Positions 44,975 to 55,302 of a stretch of 58,269 bases of DNA are shown here, in pieces. Each line of letters begins with the position of its first letter. Positions within the stretch are counted from its first letter, which is position 1. A model generated the notes under the pieces. The model was not told where the DNA came from and did not search any database. It saw nothing but the letters and a program-made list of their open reading frames with translations. Where the stretch lies: the IMG/VR virus record IMGVR_UViG_3300027782_000098, positions 1 through 58,269 of that record, one strand, 5' to 3'. The DNA comes from a virus. Taxonomy: Duplodnaviria > Caudoviricetes. Position numbers and translations under genes: made by a program.

Positions 44975-45622
44975 CTATGCGGTTTTTAGTTTCTCCTTAA
45001 CCTTTTCGGCGTTATCGGTAAATTTACCAAATAGTCCGCAAACAGTACTTTCCAATCCTTCTTCTATTTTTTGAATGAAGCTACTACTTTTTAAGGCTCC
45101 ACCTAATGTATTTCTAATTAAACTATATCCTGCCCCTGTATAACCCTTTTCGGTTTGCATTGACATAACCATTGCTTCAACTACAGATTCCGCAACTAAT
45201 TTTGTCATTAATTTACAATCACTGAAAGCTTTTATTACATCTGATGGTCTTGATGTTAAATACGAAACTATAAAATTTGAAATAAATCCTTCACCAAAAA
45301 GAGGTTTTACAATTTTGTGAATCATTGGTTCAAACATTGTTTGAGTTGCATTCCCAAAAAATCCACCAAATATTGATTTTAAAACTCCACTTAAATCTTG
45401 TTCTGAAATCAAACCACTTTCTTGTAAGTAAGAAAGTTCTTGTAATAAATTAAAACTTAATTTAAGTTTCTTATCCTCAGATAAGTTATTAAAATCTTCT
45501 TCAGTCTTAATGTTTTCAACTATCATAGAAAGTCTACTCTTGATTATTTTTTGTTCAATCAATTGTTTTTCTTTTTTTTCTTTAGTTTCAATTAAAGACT
45601 TTTTAATTTGTTTTTCTAACAT
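44975..45622 (-). CDS. Hypothetical protein (putative virion/internal)
   Basis: 215 aa; several L/I-x-E sites in the N-terminal part. Confidence 0.6.
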   Translation of the reverse strand: MLEKQIKKSLIETKEKKEKQLIEQKIIKSRLSMIVENIKTEEDFNNLSEDKKLKLSFNLLQELSYLQESGLISEQDLSGVLKSIFGGFFGNATQTMFEPMIHKIVKPLFGEGFISNFIVSYLTSRPSDVIKAFSDCKLMTKLVAESVVEAMVMSMQTEKGYTGAGYSLIRNTLGGALKSSSFIQKIEEGLESTVCGLFGKFTDNAEKVKEKLKTA

Positions 45623-45631
45623 AAATGTAAA

Positions 45632-46669
45632 TTATTTTAATCTCCATTGAGCGTCATCACCATAAGACGATGGACCACCTGGTTTAACTCCTCTAAGAAT
45701 ATTTACATAATCATCAACTTTACTAAAAACTCCTCCCCATTGACCTTCAAATTGATTTGAACATGCTTGAACTTTTTCTTTCATAGCATTTAATGTGTTT
45801 GGTTCAATTTTCTTTTTAGTTTTAAATGCCATGTAATAAGCTTCAACCGCTGTTTTACAATCTGCCTTACTTTGTGGTGTTTGGTCAGTAACTGCGTCTT
45901 TAAATGCCGCTGTAATGTCAGCGTTATTAACTGTGTTTGGTGGGAAATACATATAAAAATCTTCAGAGAATAAACCTTCAGATTTTGGACTAACTAATTT
46001 TCTTGTCCAAGTTTTTGCTTGTTCTGCATCAACTTCACCTTCTAATTTAGCACCTTGAGCTTTCCATTTTTCAACAACTTTTTGTTGTCTCTCATCTAAC
46101 GCTCCCGCAATACCTGCTCCTGAAATTCTTCTGTAAAGTGTAACGCCATTCACAACTTGTTTTTGATACATTTGCGGATTGTTAACATTTGCATCAGTAT
46201 CGGTAATATCTTCTCTTTTTTTCCATCCACCCTCTTTTTGAGTTAAGTCAATGTTAGTTTGTGCGGTTTGTTGAGCTTGTGCTTGATTTGCTTGAGCCTG
46301 TGCCGCTTGTGATTGATTTGCTGCAATATTTGTCTGATTACATTCCCATTTGTTAGTTGCAGTTTGGAATGTTCCATCAGCACCAACAGTACCGTATGTA
46401 AAATCAACAAAGAAATATCTAAATTTTCCAGGATTTTTTGTGCTCTCCTGTTTAATTGCAAATTGTTTGTTTGGATTTTTTGAATTCATACGAACAACCA
46501 CACCATTTTTAACACAACCACCATCAACAAACTCTTGTAATTTTTCTTGAGTTGTTTTAGGTTTTGGTGGTGCTGGTGTTCCCGCAGCGGGAGGATTAAC
46601 CTGCTCTTTCAACGCTTGGTGCATTGAAAGTATTCTATTTGCTTCGTTTTCTTCTATTATAAATTTCAT
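45632..46669 (-). CDS. Hypothetical protein (putative virion/internal)
   Basis: Leader MKFIIEENEANRILSMHQALKE; Q/A-rich linker. Confidence 0.65.
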   Translation of the reverse strand: MKFIIEENEANRILSMHQALKEQVNPPAAGTPAPPKPKTTQEKLQEFVDGGCVKNGVVVRMNSKNPNKQFAIKQESTKNPGKFRYFFVDFTYGTVGADGTFQTATNKWECNQTNIAANQSQAAQAQANQAQAQQTAQTNIDLTQKEGGWKKREDITDTDANVNNPQMYQKQVVNGVTLYRRISGAGIAGALDERQQKVVEKWKAQGAKLEGEVDAEQAKTWTRKLVSPKSEGLFSEDFYMYFPPNTVNNADITAAFKDAVTDQTPQSKADCKTAVEAYYMAFKTKKKIEPNTLNAMKEKVQACSNQFEGQWGGVFSKVDDYVNILRGVKPGGPSSYGDDAQWRLK

Positions 46670-46679
46670 ATTTTAAATT

Positions 46680-47768
46680 TTAAAAGTCTGTACTTGATGG
46701 GTCTGTAACTACAACTTCTCCACTAATTTCAGGTTTAGCCTTTTCACATATCGCATCAACATCAGCATCTTTGAATGTGGTATAACCTAATTCTTTAAGT
46801 TTTGTGTTGGTTGCTTTACCCCAAGCTCCGTCATCAGTAAGTCCAAGACACGCTTGTACTTTTTTAATCATTGGTGATTTACAGTATAACTTATATGTTC
46901 CACTACAATCGGTATAAGTCACTTTAGGTTTAGGTTTCGGGTTTGGCGTTGGTGTATTACCACCACCTCCTCCGCCAGTATTACCTCCAGTTAGCGAACT
47001 ATCATCAAATTGTTCAGTTAACTTTTTTTTTTGAATTGACTCAGCAACTAAAGTTACTTTAGACCCATTACAAGATACTTTTTGACCTGTTGAAGTTCCG
47101 TCTGCCTTTTTAACTCTACCATCAGAATATACTTGATATTGACTACCTGAAGTACCTTTAATTAAAATGTACACATAATTATTTGCATTTTTATTAACTA
47201 CTTGATTAACATTAGAGTCAGAATCAAAAATACATGGAAATGATTTTTTAAACCAATTGATATTATATTGTTCTGTACTAGCAACCGCCAATTTAGTTTG
47301 TTTTTTAGTTCTATATTGCATTGCCGCAAACGTTTCCATTAATTCTGCTAATTCTTCGTCATCTAAATCGTCAACTAACGCTTGTGCAAAATCACCATAA
47401 CCTAAATCTTCAAACTCTTTTTTGATATTACATAAGTCATCAAAATTACCCGCATTCATTGTTGCTGCTTGTTTTCTCCATAATGAATCGTCAGTTCCAC
47501 CCATGAATCCCAATGTTTGATAATTAAATGCTCTGTTAAACGCCGATGCAATTGCTGCGGCATCTAAAGTACCTTCCGCTTCTGGTCGACCACTACAAGC
47601 TTTTAATATTTTACTGATTGATTGTTCAGTTGCAGTATCAATAGAATCTTCTTTAATTAAAGATTTTAATCTTTCTTGATTTTCCGTTAATGTTGTTGAA
47701 GGGTCATATCCCATCATTAGTTTTGCTCTTTTTAAAGCTTCCTTTGGGCTATAATTAGGTTGTATCAT
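46680..47768 (-). CDS. Putative virion protein with C-terminal peptidoglycan-binding-like domain
   Basis: IKKVQACLGLTDDGAWGKAT resembles PG_binding_1. Confidence 0.55.
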   Translation of the reverse strand: MIQPNYSPKEALKRAKLMMGYDPSTTLTENQERLKSLIKEDSIDTATEQSISKILKACSGRPEAEGTLDAAAIASAFNRAFNYQTLGFMGGTDDSLWRKQAATMNAGNFDDLCNIKKEFEDLGYGDFAQALVDDLDDEELAELMETFAAMQYRTKKQTKLAVASTEQYNINWFKKSFPCIFDSDSNVNQVVNKNANNYVYILIKGTSGSQYQVYSDGRVKKADGTSTGQKVSCNGSKVTLVAESIQKKKLTEQFDDSSLTGGNTGGGGGGNTPTPNPKPKPKVTYTDCSGTYKLYCKSPMIKKVQACLGLTDDGAWGKATNTKLKELGYTTFKDADVDAICEKAKPEISGEVVVTDPSSTDF

Positions 47769-47818
47769 AATCTTTTTTTTATTATAAATATATTGTTCTT
47801 AACAATAAATATCATTTA

Positions 47819-48076
47819 TTACCAAATTTGATTTGCGGCTCCTCTGGTAAGTCCTGTTTCCCATTTCTCACCTGATTTGGTTAATGGATTTGCTTTACCT
47901 CTTTTTAATGGATAAGAGTCCGCCCATTTTGGAACACTTCCTCCACCTCCACCTGATGATGGTGCGGGTGATGAAGCGGCTGGTGCGGCATCTTGTTCTC
48001 CCATTTCTTCTTTTGAATCATCCATAGATGAGTACTTATTAAAGAAGTCTATTAAAAAATCTACATCTAAATTCAT
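47819..48076 (-). CDS. Hypothetical protein
   Basis: 85 aa with repeated W....L.RG.AN motif. Confidence 0.6.
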   Translation of the reverse strand: MNLDVDFLIDFFNKYSSMDDSKEEMGEQDAAPAASSPAPSSGGGGGSVPKWADSYPLKRGKANPLTKSGEKWETGLTRGAANQIW

Positions 48077-48123
48077 ATGAATAAATATTTTGTAATTAGA
48101 AAAAACATAATTATATTTGTCCC

Positions 48124-48660
48124 ATGAGAAGATTATATTTTATTTTAGTGTTATTGTTCGCATTATCATCATGTGAAAAGTATGTTACAGAAATTAGTGA
48201 CATTACTTTAAGTGGAAAATACGTTGTTTCAAAATTAGAAATCACAAGTGTCGACCAAAACACTAGTCACGATTCATTATATACTATCGGTAGCGTATAT
48301 GTTAATAATGCATTACCTGACCCTTTTGATTCAATACCAATAAACCATTTTTATTTACACATGGACTATTCAACTATTAGATTAAATCAAATAGGTGTAA
48401 CTCCTACAGGTAATGATATTTGGCAGTATGGTGTTTCTCCAAATGAAATATTTTATAGAGTGTTAGGTAATCATTCATATAATAATGGATTTATTCAGTT
48501 TGATTATGTGACCAATGACGGTTCATCAAGAACAATTACATTTTTAATTGAGGATGATGGATTTGAGTCATTACAACTTAAAAGTGAGGGTGCGTGGTTT
48601 CACGGCAAATATGGTGAAAAACAAGTAATGACTTTAGGTCTTACAAGAGTTGGACCTTAA
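48124..48660 (+). CDS. Lipoprotein
   Basis: Signal peptide with lipobox LSSC. Confidence 0.75.
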   Translation: MRRLYFILVLLFALSSCEKYVTEISDITLSGKYVVSKLEITSVDQNTSHDSLYTIGSVYVNNALPDPFDSIPINHFYLHMDYSTIRLNQIGVTPTGNDIWQYGVSPNEIFYRVLGNHSYNNGFIQFDYVTNDGSSRTITFLIEDDGFESLQLKSEGAWFHGKYGEKQVMTLGLTRVGP

Positions 48661-48962
48661 TAAAATTCAGGTTTTGGGAGTGATTTTGGATTTATTTCAT
48701 AATACTCATTTAAAAACGAAATAAGTTCATCTTCGTCCAGTTCAATTTTAGGTTCTTCATAAATGTCAACTTCATCTTCAAATTCTTCATCAAAGAATCC
48801 AAATTCATCCGCCTCAAGAATAAAACCATAATCTTGTGATACTGAATAATCAATATTGTCAATTCTGAGAACATCATCACTATCATCAATAGTTCTGAAA
48901 GAAACTTCTAATATGTTTGACTCTACATTTAAGAAGTATGATATAATTTCTTTAATTTCCAT
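48657..48962 (-). CDS. Hypothetical acidic protein
   Basis: 101 aa ORF. Confidence 0.6.
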   Translation of the reverse strand: MEIKEIISYFLNVESNILEVSFRTIDDSDDVLRIDNIDYSVSQDYGFILEADEFGFFDEEFEDEVDIYEEPKIELDEDELISFLNEYYEINPKSLPKPEFY

Positions 48963-49082
48963 AGTTAATTCAATTTATAATGAAATATTAGAAAGTAGAG
49001 CAAAAGACATAATTTATTTTAAATAATAACCATTTTTTTTCAAAGATTAATTTCTATATTTTAAGTATTAATACAACATTAC

Positions 49083-49664
49083 ATGAGATTTAATTCTTTA
49101 ACCATTGACAATTTTTACTCTAACCCATTAGAAGTTAGAGAGTTTGCTCTTAAACAAGAGTTTAAAGTTAGAGGTAACTACCCAGGTCAACGAACTGTAT
49201 CATTTTTAAATGACTCGATTAAAAATAAAATGAGAGACATTCTTTATCCATTTGCAGGAGAGATTACTTGGTGGGGAGGTGAATATACAGGCTCATTTCA
49301 ATATACTACCGCCTCGGATAGGTCTTGGATTCACTCCGATTCAACTACTGATTGGGCTGCAGTATGTTATTTAACTCCAGACGCTCCTGTAACAGCAGGA
49401 ACAGGTATTTTTAGACATAAAAAAACAGGTTGGATGAATTATGACTATAAACGAGAAAATGAACCAGGGTATGTTGAGCAAGCGCCGCCAGGACATGATA
49501 TGCAAGATTATACCAAGTGGGAGATGGTTGATAGGGTTGGGAATGTATTTAATAGATTGATTATGTACAGAGCTGATAACTATCATGTGTCTTTAGATTA
49601 TTTTGGTAAGGACATGCATGATGGAAGACTATTTCAAGTATTCTTTTTTAATACTGAACGATAA
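49083..49664 (+). CDS. DUF6445-like 2OG-Fe(II) oxygenase-fold protein
   Basis: IDNFY.NP..VR.FAL, YPG.R, IHSD, A.V.YL, GT, FNRL..Y....H, RL.Q.FF. Confidence 0.7.
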   Translation: MRFNSLTIDNFYSNPLEVREFALKQEFKVRGNYPGQRTVSFLNDSIKNKMRDILYPFAGEITWWGGEYTGSFQYTTASDRSWIHSDSTTDWAAVCYLTPDAPVTAGTGIFRHKKTGWMNYDYKRENEPGYVEQAPPGHDMQDYTKWEMVDRVGNVFNRLIMYRADNYHVSLDYFGKDMHDGRLFQVFFFNTER

Positions 49665-49694
49665 AACAAAACCCCGAATATTCGGGGTTTTTTG

Positions 49695-50111
49695 TTAATC
49701 TAATTTGGCGTTTAATACAATTTCAGGATTTAATTTAAATAATAAATCTGTAATACCTTCAGGACACATACAATATCCGTCAAGTGTTGAAGTAACTAAT
49801 CTTTTTCTTTTAAATGCTAAAATGAAAGGTTTAAATTCTTTAACTTCTTTCATCCATAGTGATTGTAGTGGGATTCCAATCATATCTAAAAAATCTATAC
49901 TATCTTTAATTTCTGATTCATAGTAAGGTACGTCATAAATGTCTAATATAGACCTCATCATATGACCTTCTCTACCATATTCATCATCTCTAAATATTGA
50001 AAAGATTGCCGCAATACCTGTTGTATCTGACATAGTAAAATGCCAAATATAGTATTCGTTTTCTTTACTAATTCGTTCGTAATCTTTTGTAGTAATCTTT
50101 TCCCTAATCAT
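49695..50111 (-). CDS. Hypothetical protein
   Basis: 138 aa ORF. Confidence 0.55.
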   Translation of the reverse strand: MIREKITTKDYERISKENEYYIWHFTMSDTTGIAAIFSIFRDDEYGREGHMMRSILDIYDVPYYESEIKDSIDFLDMIGIPLQSLWMKEVKEFKPFILAFKRKRLVTSTLDGYCMCPEGITDLLFKLNPEIVLNAKLD

Positions 50112-50112
50112 G

Positions 50113-50706
50113 TTACCTTAAATTTGCCCCGCAAAGCCAAGTAACTAAAGATGTTCTAACACCTGAAGTTAATGGTGTTACTCTATGTAATAAAAATGAT
50201 GGGAAAAAACAAACTAACCCAAGTTGTTTGGGTACACTAACAATGTTAGACCCAAGGTTCATTTGTAATTCTCCTCCTTCATATTCTTCAGGGTCAGAAA
50301 GTTGTAGAACAACTGATAATTTTCTATTTGAAAGTCCTGGTCCTAAATCAGCATGCCAATCATAGTGACCACCATCTCCATAATAAGTGGTATATTGTAG
50401 TAAATCTTGATACCCCCAGATATCAAAGCCCCACATTTCTTTATTTGCGATTCTTGCGTAATTTGAAAGTTTTTCATATATCCATGAGGTTTCTTCATTT
50501 TCTTCAAGCCAAGCAATATCACTAATTCTATATTCACTGACAGTACTGTCGTCATCCGAACCTGTTGCGGCAGCTTGTTTTGGGTATTTATCCCCAATTT
50601 CTCTAATTTTTATAATTTCACTTGGAGTGAATGCTGATGCGAAATAATAGTAATTAAAATGATTTACATTATTTCTTTGTTCTGAGATGAAATGATTTGA
50701 TGACAT
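50113..50706 (-). CDS. 2OG-Fe(II) oxygenase (prolyl-hydroxylase-like)
   Basis: YDWHAD, RKLS..LQLS.P..YEGGEL, FPSF..HRVTP.T.G.R.SLV.W. Confidence 0.9.
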   Translation of the reverse strand: MSSNHFISEQRNNVNHFNYYYFASAFTPSEIIKIREIGDKYPKQAAATGSDDDSTVSEYRISDIAWLEENEETSWIYEKLSNYARIANKEMWGFDIWGYQDLLQYTTYYGDGGHYDWHADLGPGLSNRKLSVVLQLSDPEEYEGGELQMNLGSNIVSVPKQLGLVCFFPSFLLHRVTPLTSGVRTSLVTWLCGANLR

Positions 50707-50773
50707 TTTTTTAAATTTTATTATTATAATTATAGTGTATGATTCCTGTCAATTCAATATTAAAAATATTTTT

Positions 50774-51784
50774 ATGAAAAAAAACTCAAGAACTTTTGAC
50801 GCATTCATCTTTAGAGGTGAATTAGATTTATTAAAATTTAGATTAACAGAGTTAGACCCGTTTGTTGATTTTTTTATTATAGCAGAACTTGATTCAGATA
50901 AGAAAAACTCAATTTATTTAAATAATATTGATATGTTTAAAAAATGGAAGAAGAAAATATCACATATTTTTATTAACGATGTTAATATCACTTATTCAAA
51001 TAAAATAGTTGTTGAGTTTGTTAATTTTAGTCCTGAGTTTGAGGACATTTTGGTAATATCTGAAATAAATGAAATTCCTGATTATACAAAAAAAGATGAA
51101 ATTTACGAATTGTTAAAATATCATCCAGTAATTTTAGAACATCAAAACTTTGTGTGTAATATTGACCATACTGATAATAAATGGGTTAACGGTTCTGTTG
51201 TTTTTACATTCAGCTCAATTTTAGTTAAAAAAGAGATTATAAATGAAACTTATATTAAAAAATTAAATTTATTTGGGTTTCATACCGAAAAATTAAAATG
51301 TGGGTGGAAATTTACAAATTTTGATGGATTATCAAATTCAGAGTTTAACCTTGAAAATAAAACATCTTTAATTGATTTTAACCCTGTGACAACATATCCA
51401 TTATTTGAACGTAATAGTAACGTTATATTACCCAAAAACATTGATTTGTTACCTTATAATAAAATTGGTAGAGAAACAACAAAGAAACATTTATTTATAT
51501 GTGAATCCAAAATTGAGTCTATTGAAAAATTAGAAAATGTTTATGATACAGTATCAATCATAGAATTTAGTGAAAATTTAAATGAAGTTATTTGTGAAAA
51601 AATAACAGATAAGGTTACAAAAAGTGTATTGTACTTACCAAACAAAGTTTTATACGGTAGTTACGATTTATCAAAATTCTACACACAATATAAGTTAAAT
51701 GAGATAAACAGAATGATGTGTACCGTATTCCCACAAAAACAAGACTTGATAAAAATAATCTTTAATGATTCAATCCTTTTATAA
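50774..51784 (+). CDS. Degenerate GT17 (N-acetylglucosaminyltransferase)-like protein
   Basis: N-terminus FDAF.F..ELDLL..RL.EL...VD.F.I.E matches GT17, but the DxDE motif reads EINE. Confidence 0.5.
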   Translation: MKKNSRTFDAFIFRGELDLLKFRLTELDPFVDFFIIAELDSDKKNSIYLNNIDMFKKWKKKISHIFINDVNITYSNKIVVEFVNFSPEFEDILVISEINEIPDYTKKDEIYELLKYHPVILEHQNFVCNIDHTDNKWVNGSVVFTFSSILVKKEIINETYIKKLNLFGFHTEKLKCGWKFTNFDGLSNSEFNLENKTSLIDFNPVTTYPLFERNSNVILPKNIDLLPYNKIGRETTKKHLFICESKIESIEKLENVYDTVSIIEFSENLNEVICEKITDKVTKSVLYLPNKVLYGSYDLSKFYTQYKLNEINRMMCTVFPQKQDLIKIIFNDSILL

Positions 51785-51815
51785 AAAAACCCCTCTTTTT
51801 GGAGGGGTTCTTATT

Positions 51816-53036
51816 TTAATTAAATCTATTCATTCTATTAAACATTTCTGTTATTTTGTTTTTCTGAGTTAAGAAAGATTCTTTTAAATCCTCATCAACT
51901 TCTTCAAACTCTTCTTCTCTTTTTGGAGAATGTTTTGAACCCCCGCCCCAACTTGAATGTTGGTATGGTCCTGCAATTCCAGGTCCATTACTGTCAAAAT
52001 CATATGGTCTTTCCATATCACCATAAACACCCTGAACACCAGACACGTCTTGTTCTTCCATCTCTCTTTGTTTTTTAATGTTTGAATATACTCCAATTAC
52101 TTTAGAGTCTCTACCATCAAAGTCGTCCCTATCGTCATCAGCCCATGCAGATTCCATTGCTTCATATTCATACATTTTTTCAGGGTCATATCCGTACATA
52201 TCATCTTCCTCTAACTCATTAACAGGATACCCATCAATTGGTCCATTTGATTCAAAATCATAAGCTGATTCAACATCTGATACATCCATATCACCAACAT
52301 TTCCACCTTGTTCTTCAATTTCATCTGTAACTTCAGACGCATTAATATCTTCGTACCCATCGTCTTCGTTATCAGGGTCATCAACGCCATCTTGAGTGTA
52401 AGATGATTCATAATCTTGAAAATCGTCATCGTCTTCGTATAATTTTTTATGCATTCCCTCAAAAGTATCAACATCATTTGATGGACCTTCAATATAATCA
52501 AACCCTGCTGTTGGGTCTAAATCTTCTTCATCGTAGATATCATCCAAATGACCTGTCTCTTCTTCCATGTATCCTGAACCACATTCATTACAAACACCTT
52601 CATACATTTCTCCACCACATTCACACATTTCAGTATCATCTTCATTTTCTTGTTCTAACGCCATTAATATTTCTGGATTTGACAATACAAAATCTTTTGC
52701 TTTGTCAATAAAACTTGAACCTTCAGAATCATCTTCTTCCATATGGCCATAATTACATTCACAAACGCCATCCATAATCATGGAACCGCACTCATCGCAA
52801 ACTTCTTTAGTTTCAACTTGTTCGTTGATTCCCATATTTGTGTATTTTTTAACTTCACCCTTATTATTAACAACTAATCCTTCTTTGTCTCCCGCAAAAT
52901 CATATACGGTTAAAGGCTGAGTATTGGATACTTGCGGTTGCATTGTTTGGTATCCATTGTATAAACTTTTATGTTGGTTTAAAATATCTGACTTTTCAGC
53001 CGCAGATAATTGACCTAATCCAAAATATCCTCTCAT
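51816..53036 (-). CDS. Highly acidic protein with two small Zn-ribbon repeats (putative internal head protein)
   Basis: CDECG..MDGVCEC and CECGG.MYEGVCNECG; repeated YDF.SNGP; TATTTATA upstream. Confidence 0.7.
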   Translation of the reverse strand: MRGYFGLGQLSAAEKSDILNQHKSLYNGYQTMQPQVSNTQPLTVYDFAGDKEGLVVNNKGEVKKYTNMGINEQVETKEVCDECGSMIMDGVCECNYGHMEEDDSEGSSFIDKAKDFVLSNPEILMALEQENEDDTEMCECGGEMYEGVCNECGSGYMEEETGHLDDIYDEEDLDPTAGFDYIEGPSNDVDTFEGMHKKLYEDDDDFQDYESSYTQDGVDDPDNEDDGYEDINASEVTDEIEEQGGNVGDMDVSDVESAYDFESNGPIDGYPVNELEEDDMYGYDPEKMYEYEAMESAWADDDRDDFDGRDSKVIGVYSNIKKQREMEEQDVSGVQGVYGDMERPYDFDSNGPGIAGPYQHSSWGGGSKHSPKREEEFEEVDEDLKESFLTQKNKITEMFNRMNRFN

Positions 53037-53112
53037 AATTTTTTTATTTATAAATAGTTGTAAAACTTTGTTTTTATTTGACATAGAGAAAAATAGTATT
53101 TATGTTTATACC

Positions 53113-53364
53113 ATGAATAAAAATTTTAATATTGACGAGCAAGCCGAAGGGGCAATTATTCTTGACGGATTTGACGACGCTATTGTTGGAATTGTTGAGG
53201 AATTTGGTAATAGTCCAAGAATCTTATATTCAAAAAACAAGATTATATACACTTTACAAGATAGAGATGGTATGAGTTGGTCAGAAGCTGAAGAGTTTTA
53301 TGACTTTAATATTTTAGGTCTTTATGCTGGAGAACAAAATCCAGTTTTTTTAATTACAGAATAA
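53113..53364 (+). CDS. Conserved-looking phage hypothetical protein
   Basis: DGFDDAIVG...EA.EFY.FNI.G.Y.GE.NP.F motif. Confidence 0.65.
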   Translation: MNKNFNIDEQAEGAIILDGFDDAIVGIVEEFGNSPRILYSKNKIIYTLQDRDGMSWSEAEEFYDFNILGLYAGEQNPVFLITE

Positions 53365-53380
53365 TTCGTACATTTGTCGT

Positions 53381-53878
53381 ATGAATATATTTTTCCTAGA
53401 TTATGATGTAAAAAAGTGTGCTCAATATCATGTTGACAAACATGTTGTTAAAATGATATTGGAAACCGCACAACTTTTATGTGGTGTTCATCATGTAACC
53501 GCACATGATACCGCACATGTACCGTACAAGTTATCACACAAAAATCACCCATGTTCTATTTGGTGTCGTGAGTCATTGTCAAATTATTTGTATTTGTGTG
53601 AGTTAGGATTGGAATTGTGTAATGAATACACTTACCGATACGGTAAACGACACAAATCACAAGATGTGATTGAATGGTGTTTAATTAATAAACCAAACAT
53701 TGCTGACATTGGATTTACTGAACCTGCAAAGGCAATGCCTGACGAGTTTAAAGTAAAATCAGTGGTTCAATCATATAGAAACTACTATATGGGGGCAAAA
53801 TCAGGGTTTGCAGTATGGAAAAATAGAGAGAAACCTTTTTGGTTTGAAAAAAAAGTATTAGATTTGTGTTATGATTAA
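53381..53878 (+). CDS. Pyrimidine-dimer DNA glycosylase / DenV-like protein
   Basis: MNIF.LD......AQYH.DKHVVKM.LE.AQLL, NHPC..W, AMPD, V.SYR.YY. Confidence 0.75.
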   Translation: MNIFFLDYDVKKCAQYHVDKHVVKMILETAQLLCGVHHVTAHDTAHVPYKLSHKNHPCSIWCRESLSNYLYLCELGLELCNEYTYRYGKRHKSQDVIEWCLINKPNIADIGFTEPAKAMPDEFKVKSVVQSYRNYYMGAKSGFAVWKNREKPFWFEKKVLDLCYD

Positions 53879-54533
53879 GATTGATAAAGATTTCAAAGGT
53901 GATGTGTGGATTTTTTCTGACCCACACTACAACCACAAAAATATATGTCGTGGTACGACAAACTGGCGATTGCCAGATGGTTCCGTTCCGATTTCGCAAA
54001 CTCGTGATTTCCAAACATTGGAAAAAATGAATGCAACAATCGTCAATAATATAAATGAGAATGTAATGCAAGACGACATTTTAATTTGTCTTGGAGATTG
54101 GAGTTTTGGTGGGTTTGAATCTATCAAAGAATTTTGGGACCGAATTGTTTGTAAAAACATTTACCTTGTTCTTGGTAATCACGACCACCATATTGAGAAC
54201 AACAGACAGGGATGTCAAGGTTATTTCAAAAGTGTTACACATTACAACACTTTAAAGATTGACGAACACACATTCCGTTTGATGCACTACCCAATCAGTT
54301 CTTGGGATGGACTTAACAAAGGGGTTATGCACCTTCACGGTCACTGCCACCTTCCAACCAATTTAAGGTTTGGTAAAGGTCAAAGAATGGATGTTGGAAT
54401 GGATGGTCACCCTGAATTCCGACCATACAATATTAGACGTGAAGTTGTACCTTTGTTAAGAAACAGACCAAAAGTATCTGAAATGGATAATGACCACCAC
54501 ACTGACGAAATTATAAATAAAGACCAAGGATGA
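53871..54533 (+). CDS. Calcineurin-like metallophosphoesterase
   Basis: SDPH, LGD, GNHD, HYP, HGHCH, DVG.D motifs. Confidence 0.88.
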   Translation: MIKIDKDFKGDVWIFSDPHYNHKNICRGTTNWRLPDGSVPISQTRDFQTLEKMNATIVNNINENVMQDDILICLGDWSFGGFESIKEFWDRIVCKNIYLVLGNHDHHIENNRQGCQGYFKSVTHYNTLKIDEHTFRLMHYPISSWDGLNKGVMHLHGHCHLPTNLRFGKGQRMDVGMDGHPEFRPYNIRREVVPLLRNRPKVSEMDNDHHTDEIINKDQG

Positions 54534-54877
54534 TTGACATTGAATATTATTACAAACAACCAAAACAAGAATATTTTGACGAGTTAAAATCGGCTTGTAT
54601 CAAATTTTGGAGGGTATTTGATGACCAATTTGGATACGCAACTGAAAAGATTAATCGTATCAAGGATTTAGAGAATAATCCAACCAATTATATGATGATT
54701 GTTAAAATGTTTCATCAATTAAATTGGGAAGTTCTCGCAGAATTACTATCTTTGGAAGTAAGAAACGATATCAGCATTCGGTTGAATGCTGGTGTTGAAT
54801 CGGTAGAGACAGATTTTTTTAATATTTGGGGAACTAATAAAGCAAAAGAACAATATGGAAGCGATTTTAAAATTTAA
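54530..54877 (+). CDS. Hypothetical protein
   Basis: Coupled ORF in operon. Confidence 0.6.
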   Translation: MIDIEYYYKQPKQEYFDELKSACIKFWRVFDDQFGYATEKINRIKDLENNPTNYMMIVKMFHQLNWEVLAELLSLEVRNDISIRLNAGVESVETDFFNIWGTNKAKEQYGSDFKI

Positions 54878-55082
54878 TTTACCAGAAGAAAACCCTGAAT
54901 TTAGATTAGCGGTTAACGCGTCTAAATGGTACTCAGTTGTTTGGGACATAGACCAACACTTGAGAAGTGAAACAAAATACGCACCTGATAGTATGCCTGA
55001 GGAAGTATACGAAGCGCTAATTAAAACACGAGAAAAATTACGTGAAATTATGAGTGACAATTCTGTAGATTTTAATGACTAA
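54855..55082 (+). CDS. Hypothetical protein
   Basis: MEAILKFNLPE ORF in operon. Confidence 0.6.
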   Translation: MEAILKFNLPEENPEFRLAVNASKWYSVVWDIDQHLRSETKYAPDSMPEEVYEALIKTREKLREIMSDNSVDFND

Positions 55083-55302
55083 TAAAACTTGTAAAGAATG
55101 CCCTTGGGTAATAAGGAATAAACATAATGATATGATTGTGGGGTTCTCCAAAAGAACGGATAAACCCCACAACTGTCATATGAAAAATGGAGGGAAAGAC
55201 CTCTGGAATATAAAAGAAGAAACTAAGTGTAATGGGAGAAAAGAATACGAGAAGAACCGTGGTTCACGAGGAACTAAACAAGAAACAACAACAAATGTAT
55301 GA
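55075..55302 (+). CDS. Small Cys/His-containing protein
   Basis: CKECPW...CH...C.G motif. Confidence 0.55.
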   Translation: MTNKTCKECPWVIRNKHNDMIVGFSKRTDKPHNCHMKNGGKDLWNIKEETKCNGRKEYEKNRGSRGTKQETTTNV

